Source: Candidatus Bathyarchaeota archaeon
Lineage (GTDB): Archaea > Thermoproteota > Bathyarchaeia > TCS64
Assembly: GCA_963771885.1 (NCBI GenBank)
Contig: CAVYVF010000023.1
Location: forward strand, 128,001 to 192,000
Direction: 5' to 3'
DNA: 64,000 nt
In this document: positions 39,107 through 50,132 of the stretch, in pieces
Numbering within the stretch: position 1 is the first letter of the stretch
How the letters are laid out: each line of letters starts with the position of its first letter
Translations under genes and position numbers: made by a program
The notes under the pieces: generated by a model
The model's database searches: none
What the model was told of the DNA's origin: nothing
Seen by the model: only the letters and a program-made list of their open reading frames with translations

Positions 39107-41237
39107 CTATCTTATCCTACCCTCTACGTCCTTGTCGACCTTAACGACCTTGCTGCCCGCTGAAAGGAGCTTGCCGTTGACGTAGGCCTTGCCCGCCTTC
39201 GCCTCTAGTGTCAGGGCTGCGATGTCACCGATCTCGATCTGGGGCGCGCCTTCACCGCTGATACCCTCGGCGGTGACCTGTGTCCCAGCTGGGCTATCCG
39301 GCGCGTTCAGCACCCCGACGACGCTCCCGGAGTCCCCCGCGAGCAGCATGCCCTGGCTCAGCTCGCCGCGGAGCTTCGCGGGCTTCAGGTTCGTGACGAC
39401 GACGAGATGCTTGCCTAGAAGCTCATCCTTCGGGTAGTGGGGTTTCAACCCGGCGCAGAGCTGCCTTTGCTCGGAGCCGAGGTCGATCTTGAGGACATAG
39501 AGCTTGTCCGCCTGCGGGTGGTCGTTCACCTCGGTGACGACGGCGACGCGCAGGTCAAGTGAGGCGGGACCGGTGGGCTTCGGCTTCTCCTCCTTCTTCG
39601 CCTCGGGTTTTGCCTCTCCGGGCTTCTTCAGCACGATGGAGTCGATCTTGCGGAGAATGATCTTGGCGCCTGCTATCTTGTGGTTCTCGACGGCCACATC
39701 TACGTTGCTCCACTTGAGGGCGGGGAGGCCGAGCTGCTCCTCGACCTGCGAGGAGAACCGGGGCAGTATAGGCTTGACAAGTATCGAGACCGTCTTGACG
39801 ATGTTGACGCAGTCGGTGAGTACCCTCTGCGCCTTCGCCTTGTCCGTCTTGACGAGCTCCCACGGCTGGTTCTCCTGGAAGTACCTGTTGCCGAGCGTGC
39901 TGATCTCGAGGGTCTTGGCTACTGCCTCGCGGAAGTTGTAGTCGTAGTAGCTGTCGCTGACCGACTCTGCGCGCTTCGCTACGTCTGCGAGGAGCTCCTT
40001 GTTCAACACCGTTGAGACGGTGCCTTCGAAGTTCTTGTCGAGGAAGCTCAGCGTCCTGTAGACGAGGTTGGCGATGTTGCTGACGAGCTCATTGTTCACC
40101 TTATCCTGCAGGGTCTTGAGGTCGAGGTCGATGTCGGTCATGCTGTGGCCGAGGTTTGCGGCGTAGAAGTATCTGAGGAGCTCAGGGTCGAGGAGCTCCG
40201 CGAACTCGCGTCCCGTGAGGAAGGTGCCGCGGCTCTTGCTCATCTTCTCCCCGCTGACGTTGAGGAAGCCGTGGACGACGTACGTTGTCGGGGACGTGGA
40301 AGCCGCTGCCCATGAGGACGGCGGGCCAGAAGAGGAGGTGGAAGTAGATGATGTCCTTCCCGATGACGTGGATGATGGTGGAGTCCTCGCCGAGCCAGAT
40401 GTCCTCCGCCGTGAAGTCCCTGCCGCGGCAGTAGTGCGCCGTTGAGGCGATGTAGCCGATGGGCGCGTCAAGCCAGACGTAGAAGTACTTGCTCTCCTCT
40501 CCGGGGATCTTGAAGCCGAAGTATGGGCCATCCCTGCTTATGCACCAGTCCTGAAGCCCCTGATCGACCCAGCTCAGAATCTGGTTCCTGATCTCGGGCT
40601 GCAGGTTCTTGTTCCCGGTGAGCCACCCTCTGAGCTGGTCGCTGAAGTCGTTCAGTCTGAAGAAGTAGTGGCGACTCGGCTTCCTGATGGGCTTTGAGCC
40701 GCAGATGCTGCAGTAGGGCTCAATGAGCTCGATGGTGCTGTAGGCGGCGCCGCACTTCTCGCAGACGTCGCCGTACTGATCCTTCGCCCCGCACTTTGGG
40801 CACGTTCCCTTGACGTACCTGTCGGGGAGGTACCGCTTGCAGTTCTCGCAGTATGTGAGCTCGATGTCCTTAGTGTATATGTGGCCTGCGTCACTAAACG
40901 TTTGAAGATGAGTTCCGTGTAGTGCTTGTTCTCGGGGCTGTGTGTCGTGTAGTAGCTGTCGTAGTCTATGAGGTAGCGCTTGTAGTCTATCGTCGTGTTC
41001 CTTCGCCCACTTGGCGACGAACTGCTCCGGGGGTATGCCCTGCTTCGCCGCCGCTATCTCGATCGGGGCGCCATGTGTGTCTTCCGCGCCGCAGTAGAAG
41101 GCGTCGTGGCCCCTCATCTTGAGGAAACGGACGTAGATGTCAGTCTGTGTGTTCTCCAACAAGTGGCCTATGTGGACGGAGTTGTTGGCGTAGATGAGCG
41201 CCGACGTAATCAGTACTCGCTTCTTGAACTCCTTCAT
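39107..41237 (-). CDS. metG: methionyl-tRNA synthetase with C-terminal tRNA-binding domain (frameshifts near 40990, 40895, 40285)
   Basis: HIGH, Zn knuckles, YVWLDAPIGY, GKDI, KMSKS, HPQADKL...NLKPAKLRG. Confidence 0.95.
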
Positions 41238-41497
41238 CGATGGCTCCCCCCGAAGTTTTCGATCGAATAGCCGGTCAGGGCTATTAAAACACGTTGCCCC
41301 GGCTCAACCGGGCGGTCTCTGGCGATCTTAATTCTTCTAGTGAGTTTTGGTCCCTTATGTCTGACCTCGGACCTTTATTTAAACCTCTGTTATGGCCCCA
41401 CGGGTACACTTTCATCTGACTCCAGTCGGGAGCCTGCACACCACTTATATGCCCGTGCCGAGGTTCGGCGATCGAGGATTCGTCGAGGTAGACAGCC

Positions 41498-43741
41498 ATG
41501 AGCTCCGTTGAAGTGGTCGGCGCGCGTGAGCACAACCTGAAGAACGTGTCTGTGAACATCCCGAAGAAGAAGTTGGTCGTCTTCACAGGTGTTTCGGGCT
41601 CGGGGAAGAGCAGCCTAGTCTTCGACACCGTCTACCAGGAGGCGCAGCGCCAGCTCATTGAAACCTTCAGCAGCTTCGCCCGGCGCAGGCTCCCGAAGAT
41701 CAACAGGCCCAATGTGGACGAGATAAGAAACATCTCGACTTCGATCACGATCGATCAGAAGAAGCTGGGGGCGACACCCCGGTCCACGGTTGGCACCGTG
41801 ACGGAGGTCTACACTTACCTCCGCCTCCTCTACAGCCGCTGCGGCGAACCGCTGACCAACGACAGCCGCGTCTTCGGCTTCAACAACCCCTACGGAATGT
41901 GCCCGGTCTGTAAGGGTCTCGGCACGGAGCTCGTCTTCGATGTGGATGCCCTCATAGACTGGGATAAGTCGATAAACGAGGGCGGCATCAGGCACCGCCA
42001 CTTCCAGCCAGGCATGGCGAGCTACCGAGTCATCGTCGCCAGTAACTACTTCGACCTCGATAAGAAGCTACGCGACTTCACGAAGGAGGAGGTTGACAGG
42101 CTCCTATATACGAAGAAGAGCCTCGTGGAGAAGCCGATGCCGGGGCAGGTCTACCGCGTCTGGTACGAGGGCGTCGTCGAGACCCTCAAGCGCAGGACGA
42201 TGGGGCATGAGACCGACGAGGACAGCAACGTCGCCGAGTACTCGCTCCAGTTCTACAAGGGCCAGTCCTGCAAGGTCTGCGGGGGCAGTAGAATAAACGA
42301 GTTCGCCCGCAGCGTCAAGCTCAACGGCAAGACGATCCCGGAGCTCGTCGAGATGGAGCTAACCGACCTACTACCGTGGCTCGACACCGTCAAGGGCCCC
42401 GTCGCCGATCCCATCGTGATGAGGATGCGCCCCGTCGTGAAGAATCTCGTCGACATAGGCGTCGGATACCTCAACCTCAACAGGGCCACGGGCACCCTCA
42501 GCGGAGGCGAGAGCCAGCGCGTAAAGATGGCTAGTCAGCTCGGCTGCGACCTCGTCGACCTCATCTACATCTTCGACGAGCCCACCGTCGGGCTCCACCA
42601 GAAGGACATAGGCAAGCTCGTCGAGATGCTCCAGCGCCTCGGCGAGAAGGGGAACAGCCTCTTCGTCGTCGAGCACGACCAGCAGGTGATGAGGGCCTCC
42701 GACTGGATTATAGACGTCGGCCCCGGCGCAGGCGTTGCGGGGGGAAAAATCGTCTTCGCGGGGACTTACCCTGAACTCCTCCAATCCGACTCGATAACGG
42801 GCAGGATGCTGAGTAGGGACACGTCTTACCGCGCTGAGAGGCGGAAGCCGAAGAACTGGAAACAGGTCAAGAATGCACGCGCCCACAACCTCAAGAACGT
42901 CACAGCTAACATCCCCACCGGCGTCTTCTGCTGTGTCACAGGCGTCGCAGGCTCAGGGAAGAGCAGTCTGATACTCGACGTCTTCGCCCGGCAAAACCCC
43001 GAGGCGATAGTCATCGACCAGACAGCCGTCGGGCGGAGTAGCCGCAGTAACCCCGCCACATATACGAAGGTCTTCGACCTCATCCGCCAGGAGTTCGCGG
43101 AGGCAACGGGCAAGCCTGCCAGTATATTCAGCTTCAACGGCGCAGGCGCCTGCCCCAAGTGCAAGGGCTCAGGCCGGTTGCACATTGAGATGTTCTTCCT
43201 CGAGGAGGTCACGATGGTCTGCGACGAGTGCGAGGGGCGGAGGTATAAGCCCGAGGTGCTTGAGCTCAAGCTCAGGGGCAAGAACATCGCAGACGTGCTC
43301 ACCATGACCGCCGCCGAAGCCGTCGGCTTCTTCGACGACGCCGAGATAAGGCGCCGCCTCATGGTCCTCGACGAGGTCGGCCTCGGCTACCTCACCCTCG
43401 GGCAGGAGGTCTCTAGCCTAAGCGGCGGCGAGGCGCAGCGCCTCAAGCTGGCCCGCGAGCTACACAGGAGGGGAAACACATACATCCTCGACGAGCCGAC
43501 GACGGGGTTGCACATGGCCGACATCGAAAAGCTCCTCCACGTCGTGAACCGCCTCGTAGAGGGGGGCAATACCGTCATCGTCATCGAGCATAACCTCGAC
43601 GTGATCCGGAACTCGGACTGGGTGATTGACATGGGCCCGGAGGGGGGCTCTAAGGGCGGCGAGATAATCGCGGAGGGGACGCCGGAGCAGGTCGCAGCTT
43701 CAGGTAGCGCCACGGGGCAGTACCTCCGCATGGTCCTCTAA
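41498..43741 (+). CDS. short UvrA-family ABC ATPase (class II/DrrC-like)
   Basis: Two cassettes GVSGSGKSS and GVAGSGKSS, LSGGE twice, Zn modules; 747 aa. Confidence 0.9.
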   Translation: MSSVEVVGAREHNLKNVSVNIPKKKLVVFTGVSGSGKSSLVFDTVYQEAQRQLIETFSSFARRRLPKINRPNVDEIRNISTSITIDQKKLGATPRSTVGTVTEVYTYLRLLYSRCGEPLTNDSRVFGFNNPYGMCPVCKGLGTELVFDVDALIDWDKSINEGGIRHRHFQPGMASYRVIVASNYFDLDKKLRDFTKEEVDRLLYTKKSLVEKPMPGQVYRVWYEGVVETLKRRTMGHETDEDSNVAEYSLQFYKGQSCKVCGGSRINEFARSVKLNGKTIPELVEMELTDLLPWLDTVKGPVADPIVMRMRPVVKNLVDIGVGYLNLNRATGTLSGGESQRVKMASQLGCDLVDLIYIFDEPTVGLHQKDIGKLVEMLQRLGEKGNSLFVVEHDQQVMRASDWIIDVGPGAGVAGGKIVFAGTYPELLQSDSITGRMLSRDTSYRAERRKPKNWKQVKNARAHNLKNVTANIPTGVFCCVTGVAGSGKSSLILDVFARQNPEAIVIDQTAVGRSSRSNPATYTKVFDLIRQEFAEATGKPASIFSFNGAGACPKCKGSGRLHIEMFFLEEVTMVCDECEGRRYKPEVLELKLRGKNIADVLTMTAAEAVGFFDDAEIRRRLMVLDEVGLGYLTLGQEVSSLSGGEAQRLKLARELHRRGNTYILDEPTTGLHMADIEKLLHVVNRLVEGGNTVIVIEHNLDVIRNSDWVIDMGPEGGSKGGEIIAEGTPEQVAASGSATGQYLRMVL

Positions 43742-43774
43742 GAAGCACTATATCCTACCTACGCCAAGACTCAA

Positions 43775-44743
43775 TTGATGGCGGAAGAGGGGGACGCGCC
43801 GAAGAAGGAGATCGTGAGCCGCGAGGAGCTCATCGGCCTGGTCCAGTTAGTGATAATATTTACCGCCATACTCGCCGGGCGAGAGATCGGGAACATCTAC
43901 GGGAGCTACAACGAGCTCACCCACCTTTCGGTTAACCTCGCCCTGAGCGAGGAGGAGATGTCCAACTACCTCATCGACGCCATGGAGGGCAGGGTCTCCA
44001 CACTCGACGTCGGCCTCGCGATTACAATCCCCGACTTCACCAGCGAGGAGGGGCAGGTCACCCAGACCCCCGACTACGTCAGGAAGTGGCTCATTAGCGT
44101 CACCCTGAGCCCCATCGTCGTCACCCAGCCCGAGGTCTCCGACGTCGAGCTCGCCATGTACATCGAGGGGGAGCAAGTGCTGACCCAGTCCTACGAGTTC
44201 CCAAGGCAGAAGGTCGGCTACATCAGCTTCATCCGGCGAAACCTCACCCTCGCCGTCGACGACGTCGAGGCGCTGAGAAGGCTCGTGGCCGATGGGGCGG
44301 CTGTCCATGCGGGGGAGGTTGAGGTTATTATAAGGGGGCGGGCGAAGACGAATGTCCTATGGTTCGAGTCGAACCTCCCATTCACGACGATAAGGTACCC
44401 ACTCGTGAGGGCGCCGAGCCTCGTCCTTCAGGGGTCACACTGGGAGACGCAGGACGGCTCCGGGACCATGGCGAGTACTGGTGAGTTCACAACCGTCGTC
44501 ACAGAGTTTGACAACCCCACTCGCCTCCACTCGGTGACCCAGAACGTGACCTGCAGGTTCTACAGGGAGGGCGTTGAGGGGCCCGTCGCCTCGGTGACGA
44601 AAACTGCAACCGCCGCCGCGGGGACGACCTCGACGTACTTCTTCAACATCACACCCAGAGAGCCCGGCGTTTACTATTACACGCTTGAATCGATGGGCAG
44701 GCTCATCCTCCCAGGGGAGTCGCCGCGGCTGACCGTGGACTAG
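43775..44743 (+). CDS. hypothetical membrane-anchored beta-rich protein
   Basis: One N-terminal TM segment followed by Val/Thr-rich beta-type sequence. Confidence 0.7.
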   Translation: MMAEEGDAPKKEIVSREELIGLVQLVIIFTAILAGREIGNIYGSYNELTHLSVNLALSEEEMSNYLIDAMEGRVSTLDVGLAITIPDFTSEEGQVTQTPDYVRKWLISVTLSPIVVTQPEVSDVELAMYIEGEQVLTQSYEFPRQKVGYISFIRRNLTLAVDDVEALRRLVADGAAVHAGEVEVIIRGRAKTNVLWFESNLPFTTIRYPLVRAPSLVLQGSHWETQDGSGTMASTGEFTTVVTEFDNPTRLHSVTQNVTCRFYREGVEGPVASVTKTATAAAGTTSTYFFNITPREPGVYYYTLESMGRLILPGESPRLTVD

Positions 44744-44789
44744 CCGGATAAGCTCAAAAGGCTAAGCGCGTCTCATATCACGAACCGGC

Positions 44790-45479
44790 ATGGAGGGAAT
44801 ACTCGTAAAGTACCCCCTGATCCTCGTCAACCTGAAAACCTACAGGGAGGGCATGGGGGAGAACGCCGTGAGGCTCGCAAAGATAGCGGAGCAGGTACAC
44901 GTAAAGACGGGCACGAGCATCGCCCTCGCGCCGCAGGTCGCCGACTCCAAAATAGTCATCGACGCGAGCGAGACACCGGTCTTCGCGCAGCACGTCGACC
45001 CTGTCGGCATGGGTCAGTTCACAGGGCACATCCTCCCAGAGTCGGTCGCCGAGGCGGGTTGCGTCGGTACCCTGATCAACCACAGCGAGAGGCAGCTCCC
45101 CATGGAGATCATAAAGGCGACGATAAAGAGGGCTCAGGAGGCCGACCTCGAGTCGGTCGTCTGCGTCGACACCGTGGAGAAGGGTAGGCAGGTCGCCGCA
45201 TTCGCGCCCCACGCCATCGCCATCGAGCCCCCGGAGCTCATAGGCAGCGGCGTCTCAGTCTCCAAGGCAAGGCCCGAGGTCATCTCAGGCGCCGTCGCCG
45301 CGATAAAGCACGTCAACCCCAAGATCAGGGTCCTCTGTGGGGCGGGCGTGACGAACGGCGAGGACGTTGCCATCGCCCAGAAGCTAGGAGCCGAGGGAAT
45401 ACTCGTCGCCAGCGGCGTCGTCAAGGCGAAGGACCCGCAGGCGGCGCTCCTCGACCTTGCCCGGAGCCTCAGACACTGA
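44790..45479 (+). CDS. tpiA: archaeal-type triosephosphate isomerase
   Basis: VNLKTY, LINHSE, AIEPPELIG, LCGAG, LVASGVVKA. Confidence 0.96.
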   Translation: MEGILVKYPLILVNLKTYREGMGENAVRLAKIAEQVHVKTGTSIALAPQVADSKIVIDASETPVFAQHVDPVGMGQFTGHILPESVAEAGCVGTLINHSERQLPMEIIKATIKRAQEADLESVVCVDTVEKGRQVAAFAPHAIAIEPPELIGSGVSVSKARPEVISGAVAAIKHVNPKIRVLCGAGVTNGEDVAIAQKLGAEGILVASGVVKAKDPQAALLDLARSLRH

Positions 45480-46830
45480 GCTCTGCGACGGTCTCCTCTA
45501 TCAGTTTCTTGTTCTCTGAGACGAGTTTGTCAACTTTCTGCTGCGTGTCCGCCTCGGCGTAGAGTCTGAAGATGGGCTCGGTGCCGCTGGGGCGTACAAG
45601 TATCCAGCTGGCATCGTTGAAGACGAGCTTTAGACCGTCCATCGTGTCGACCTTCGGGGCTGCGACCTTCGTCCGGAGCGCCTCGAGAACCTTCTGCTTG
45701 AGCTCATTTGGGCACCGCACCTTATCCTTCGCCTGCGCATAGGTTGGGAGGGCCTTCACGAGCTCTGAGAGAGGCTTGCCGCGCTCCGCCATGATGTTGA
45801 GAATGAGCGCCATCGTCATCGAGCCGTCCCTGACGGGGTGATGTGGCCCGTACATGACGCCGCCGTTCTCCTCCCCGCCGAAGTCTATCCCGTTCTCCAC
45901 CATGGCGCGGCTGACATCGACGCTCCCGACCTTTGTCCAGTGGATCGAGCCTCCTGCACCCTCGACGACATCGACTATTGCGTTGCTGCTGCTGACCGCC
46001 GTGGCTACACGTGCCCCGTGGTGCTTCGCCATGTAGTAGTCAGCGGTGAGTGCGAAGCTCCTATCCCCCCAGAGGACCTCGCCGCGCTCGTCGAGGAAGA
46101 TGCTCCTGTCCGCGTCGCCGTCGAAGGCGACCCCTATGTCAGCCTTCGTCGCCTTCACAAGCTCCCTGAGTCCGCCGAGGTTATCGGGGCGGGGCTCGGA
46201 CTGCCTACCGGGGAAGCGCCCGTCGAGTTCCGCGTTGACTGTGTAGACGGTGCAGCCGAGACGCTGGGCGATCACCGGCGCGACGAGCGTGCCGACTCCG
46301 TTACCGGGGTCGAGGGCGACCTTGAATTTCTTCCCCGAGATGAGCTTATCGTCCACCTTGGATACGACGGCGTCGACGTAGAGGCCTATAGCCTCCCTGC
46401 TCCTAACCTCGCCGACGCGGTCCCACTCGGCTGCCTTAGGGCCCCCGGCGAAGTGTAACGCCTCAATCTCGTCCTCCAGCTTACGGGGTATCTCAACGCC
46501 ATCCCCAGCCATGACCTTGACGCCGTTGAACTCGGGCGGGTTGTGGCTCGCCGTAATCATGAGTCCGCCGTCGAGGCCGAGGTGCTTGACGGCGTACTGC
46601 AGCGTGGGGGTTGGTAGGATGCCGAGGTCATAGACGTTGCAGCCAACGGATAGTAACCCGGAGGCGGCGGCGTCCCTGAAGAGGGGGCTCGTTACCCTGC
46701 CGTCCCTGCCGAGGGCGATGTTCTTGCCTAGCTTGTGCCCGCATGAGGCGGCGAGACGCGTCACGAGCTCCGGCGTCAGCTCTTTGTTGGCGACGCCCCT
46801 TACGCCGTTGGTTCCGAATAGGCTACCCAT
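45469..46830 (-). CDS. phosphohexomutase (PGM/PMM/GlmM family)
   Basis: FGTNGVRG, TASHNP, DGDADR, GEENGG, RPSGTEP. Confidence 0.95.
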   Translation of the reverse strand: MGSLFGTNGVRGVANKELTPELVTRLAASCGHKLGKNIALGRDGRVTSPLFRDAAASGLLSVGCNVYDLGILPTPTLQYAVKHLGLDGGLMITASHNPPEFNGVKVMAGDGVEIPRKLEDEIEALHFAGGPKAAEWDRVGEVRSREAIGLYVDAVVSKVDDKLISGKKFKVALDPGNGVGTLVAPVIAQRLGCTVYTVNAELDGRFPGRQSEPRPDNLGGLRELVKATKADIGVAFDGDADRSIFLDERGEVLWGDRSFALTADYYMAKHHGARVATAVSSSNAIVDVVEGAGGSIHWTKVGSVDVSRAMVENGIDFGGEENGGVMYGPHHPVRDGSMTMALILNIMAERGKPLSELVKALPTYAQAKDKVRCPNELKQKVLEALRTKVAAPKVDTMDGLKLVFNDASWILVRPSGTEPIFRLYAEADTQQKVDKLVSENKKLIEETVAELSV

Positions 46831-46892
46831 GCCTAGAGATATGGGGAAGGGATAATTAAATGGTGAAATCCGGGATATACCTGGGCGCCGGG

Positions 46893-47987
46893 TCACATGA
46901 CCTGGCGGCGCTCGAGTATGCTCTCTAAAACTTCCTTGCTGGGGCAGATGCTAACGCCGTCCGTTATCGTGACGCCGTCGCGTATCATCGAGTAGTCGCC
47001 TATGAGGCTACCCGATTCGACCTTCACCCAACGCTCTAGTATCGCGTTCTCGCCGAGGATCGCGTTCTTGACCGAGGAGTAGTCGCCCACTGCGGCGCCG
47101 GGAAAGAGTATGCTGTTCTCGATGCGGCACCCCTTCCCGATTAGGACGTGATCGCAGATGGTCGTGTTGGGGCCTATGAGGCTGTCCGCGCCGACCTCGG
47201 CGCCGGGCCCTATGTAACACGGCGCGAGTATCTTGGCGCTAGGATCAACCTTTGCACCCTCGCCCATCTTGACGCCGCCTTCGTACTTGCTCAGTATTAT
47301 CTGATTCGCTCTGAGGTAGTCGTCGGGTATCCCCATGTCCGTCCAGAGGCCATGGAACTCGAAACCGAAGAGCTTCCGCTCGTTGGCGAGGACGGGGAAT
47401 ACCTCCCTCTCGATGCTCACGGCGCGGCCATCGGGTATGTAATCGAATATCTTGGGGTCGAGGACGTAGATGCCCGCGTTAATAAGATTGCTCGGCTCAA
47501 GTCCCTTCTCGGGCTTCTCGACGAAGCGGGTGATGCGCCCCTCCCAGTCGAGCTCTACGGCGCCGTAGCGACTCGGGTCCGCTACCGGCGTCACTGCGAC
47601 GGTGGCGAGGCCGCCATTCTGCTTGTGGTACTCGATCAGACGCCTGATGTCGATGTCCGAAATGACATCCCCATTGAGGACGAGAAAGGGCTCACCGTTG
47701 AGGAGGTCCCTCGCCTTCTTTATAGGCCCGCCAGTACCCAGTGGGCGCTGCTCACGGCTGTAGATGATGCCGAGGTCGTACTTTGTTGGGCCGAGGTAGC
47801 GAACCAGGGCTTCCGCCATGTAGTTCACCGCCATAACGACGGTGTCGACGCCCCCCTGCGAGAGATTCTTCAGTGTCCAGTCCATAAGCGGCTGGTCCCC
47901 AATGGGGAACAGCATCTTTGGTCTCGTGCAGCTTAACGGTCTAAGGCGGGTGCCGAAGCCACCCGCGAGAACTAATGCCTTCATCAA
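46893..47987 (-). CDS. NDP-sugar pyrophosphorylase with left-handed beta-helix
   Basis: LAGGFGTRLRPL...PK, PLGTGG, FVEKP, hexapeptide repeats. Confidence 0.92.
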   Translation of the reverse strand: MMKALVLAGGFGTRLRPLSCTRPKMLFPIGDQPLMDWTLKNLSQGGVDTVVMAVNYMAEALVRYLGPTKYDLGIIYSREQRPLGTGGPIKKARDLLNGEPFLVLNGDVISDIDIRRLIEYHKQNGGLATVAVTPVADPSRYGAVELDWEGRITRFVEKPEKGLEPSNLINAGIYVLDPKIFDYIPDGRAVSIEREVFPVLANERKLFGFEFHGLWTDMGIPDDYLRANQIILSKYEGGVKMGEGAKVDPSAKILAPCYIGPGAEVGADSLIGPNTTICDHVLIGKGCRIENSILFPGAAVGDYSSVKNAILGENAILERWVKVESGSLIGDYSMIRDGVTITDGVSICPSKEVLESILERRQVM

Positions 47988-48059
47988 GCTTCACCGGCGG
48001 TAAGGATGAGCAGAGCTTGCTTTAAGAAATTTGCTCACCTCTGGTAAGGGGTATAAGTG

Positions 48060-48812
48060 CTACTTTAGGAGGAAGCCCATGACCTCGCTGAGTTTCTCGG
48101 GGCTAAGCCTCTCGTAGCGCTCGATGCTCCCAACGTCGTACCAGAAGGCGTCTGTGAGGTATGCCTCCACCTTTCGTCCCTTCTGGACTAGGTAGCTGAT
48201 GACGTCGCCCATGAGGTCGAAGCTGCGGAATTGGCCCATCTGCTGAAGGCTGCTCATCTCCTTGAGCATGCTGCCGCTGAGAACAAGTATGCCTATGCTG
48301 ACAGGTTGCATGAGGTCGGGCTTTTCTATGAAATTGGTTATCCTCGTGCCGTCGAGCTCGGCCTTGCCAACGCTTATGTTGTACCTCTTCGCGAGTGCGA
48401 GTGTCGCCTCGGCGCCCTTGGACTGGTGGTGCTTGACCATCGCTGAGATGTCGAGGTTACTTATGATGTCCCCGTAATAGACGACGAGGGTATCGCTGTC
48501 GCCTATGGCGCCCTTCTTGTAGGCGTTAAGGAGGGCGTTAGCGCTCCCCTTCAGGTTGGGGTCGTCGAGCACATAGGTCATCTCGACACCGAAGCGCTCA
48601 CCGTGCTCGAAGTAGTTCTCTATCTGCTGGTGTTTGTAGCCGACGAGTAAGACGGTCTTCTTGACGCCGTGGTACTTGAGGAGGCGGAGTATGTAGTCGA
48701 GTATGGGTTTTTGCTCCTCGCCTATGGGTATCATGCACTTCTGGAAGTAGTAGGTGAGTGGCCTGAAGCGTGTCCCTTCGCCGCCAGCCAGCACGACCCC
48801 CTTTATGGACAT
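48060..48812 (-). CDS. sugar-phosphate nucleotidyltransferase
   Basis: LAGGEGTRFRPLT, YGD, FIEKP, WYDVG. Confidence 0.9.
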   Translation of the reverse strand: MSIKGVVLAGGEGTRFRPLTYYFQKCMIPIGEEQKPILDYILRLLKYHGVKKTVLLVGYKHQQIENYFEHGERFGVEMTYVLDDPNLKGSANALLNAYKKGAIGDSDTLVVYYGDIISNLDISAMVKHHQSKGAEATLALAKRYNISVGKAELDGTRITNFIEKPDLMQPVSIGILVLSGSMLKEMSSLQQMGQFRSFDLMGDVISYLVQKGRKVEAYLTDAFWYDVGSIERYERLSPEKLSEVMGFLLK

Positions 48813-48813
48813 C

Positions 48814-49017
48814 TTAACCTTCCTTTGAGGTGAGCGAGGCAAGCATTATGACGCCGGTTAGGGCGATGACGAAGCCGAGCGGAGTGAATAACCGATTGGC
48901 CACGGCCCACTCGGTGGTGAATGAGAAGTAGGCGAGGATACCGCCCACTATCAGGAGCGCCGCGCCGAGGATGCCGACCGTGATGGCTGAGTAGCTGAAG
49001 CTGAACCTGCTCGACAT
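48814..49017 (-). CDS. small 2-TM protein
   Basis: Two hydrophobic helices; lies inside the operon. Confidence 0.65.
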   Translation of the reverse strand: MSSRFSFSYSAITVGILGAALLIVGGILAYFSFTTEWAVANRLFTPLGFVIALTGVIMLASLTSKEG

Positions 49018-49049
49018 TGTGACCTACACTGAGTGCCCCGCGGGTGTAC

Positions 49050-50132
49050 TTAAGAGGATGTCGCCGCCCCGATCTTCTCGGGCAGGTACTTATCCACGAT
49101 GTATGTGAGGCCGTAGCGGCTGAAGGCCTCCAACTCCGCCTTCTTTTGTATCTTTATGAAGAGCTCTATCTCGCTCTTCCACGGATCCTCATTGTAGCGG
49201 GGGTCGGTCTGTAGCTCGGTGAGGCGCTTCTTGTCGAACTCCGTAAGGTTTTCAGTGGGTAGCTTGTAGTTGATGATGTCGCTTGCCCAGACGCCGATCC
49301 ATTTGGCGTCGGGGGTTGTGAGTCCTCTGAGGTGGGCGGCGTTTGCGCTGCCAGAGCAGATGACTTGGGCGATATGTACACCCCAGGGGTCGCCGTCTGT
49401 GAAGAGGAAGACGGGCATCCCCCAGTCCTTACTCAGGCGGTGGATGATGCTTCTCGTGCTTCGGGGCGCCTGCCCGGCGGTGTGTATGAGTATGGCGTTG
49501 AACTTTTTGTGGGCCTGCTCTTCCACGAGACGGGTGAACATTGCGCCTTTCTCGACGACGATGACCTTGTTCGCAGTGGTCTCGATGAACTCGCTGCTGG
49601 TGACGGCGGGGCCGACCATGATGCCGTCGGGGTGGTCAGTTAGGTTCGTGCGCCTCCCCTCGTAGCCGGGAACCGTGTATTCGATTGTGATGTCACCGAA
49701 TATGGCGCTCCTCTCCTCGGGGAAGATGCCGAAGTTCTCACGCGCCTTGTTGAGCGCAACCTCGAGGTCGGTGATGATGCTGTCCGACTCCTGCTGGTCC
49801 GTGTACTCGATATCGCGCTGGCCACGTGCAGAGTAGTATGCCTCCCTGAGTGTACTTGTCTTCCTCTGCGTGACGAGCTCGCGGGCAAACCACGCTGTCC
49901 AGATGAGCTGGGTGAAGGGGCGTATGTGCTTGATGTTTCTGCTGTGACGCTTTACCATGCGGTCGCCGAGGATGTATTGGCGCGTGTGGGGGTCGTACTG
50001 GATGTTGTCTGTGCTCCTGCTCTGCATCATCACCCAGGGGAACTCGCCTTGGTTGATCTGGTCGTAGACTAGCGAGCCGAGCTGCTTTAAGGCCTCGTCG
50101 GTGGCCTCACGCTGCTTGTTCGCCTCACTCAT
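49050..50132 (-). CDS. top6A: DNA topoisomerase VI subunit A
   Basis: STLREAYY (catalytic Tyr), VVEK, TDGDPWG TOPRIM, KAELEA. Confidence 0.95.
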   Translation of the reverse strand: MSEANKQREATDEALKQLGSLVYDQINQGEFPWVMMQSRSTDNIQYDPHTRQYILGDRMVKRHSRNIKHIRPFTQLIWTAWFARELVTQRKTSTLREAYYSARGQRDIEYTDQQESDSIITDLEVALNKARENFGIFPEERSAIFGDITIEYTVPGYEGRRTNLTDHPDGIMVGPAVTSSEFIETTANKVIVVEKGAMFTRLVEEQAHKKFNAILIHTAGQAPRSTRSIIHRLSKDWGMPVFLFTDGDPWGVHIAQVICSGSANAAHLRGLTTPDAKWIGVWASDIINYKLPTENLTEFDKKRLTELQTDPRYNEDPWKSEIELFIKIQKKAELEAFSRYGLTYIVDKYLPEKIGAATSS

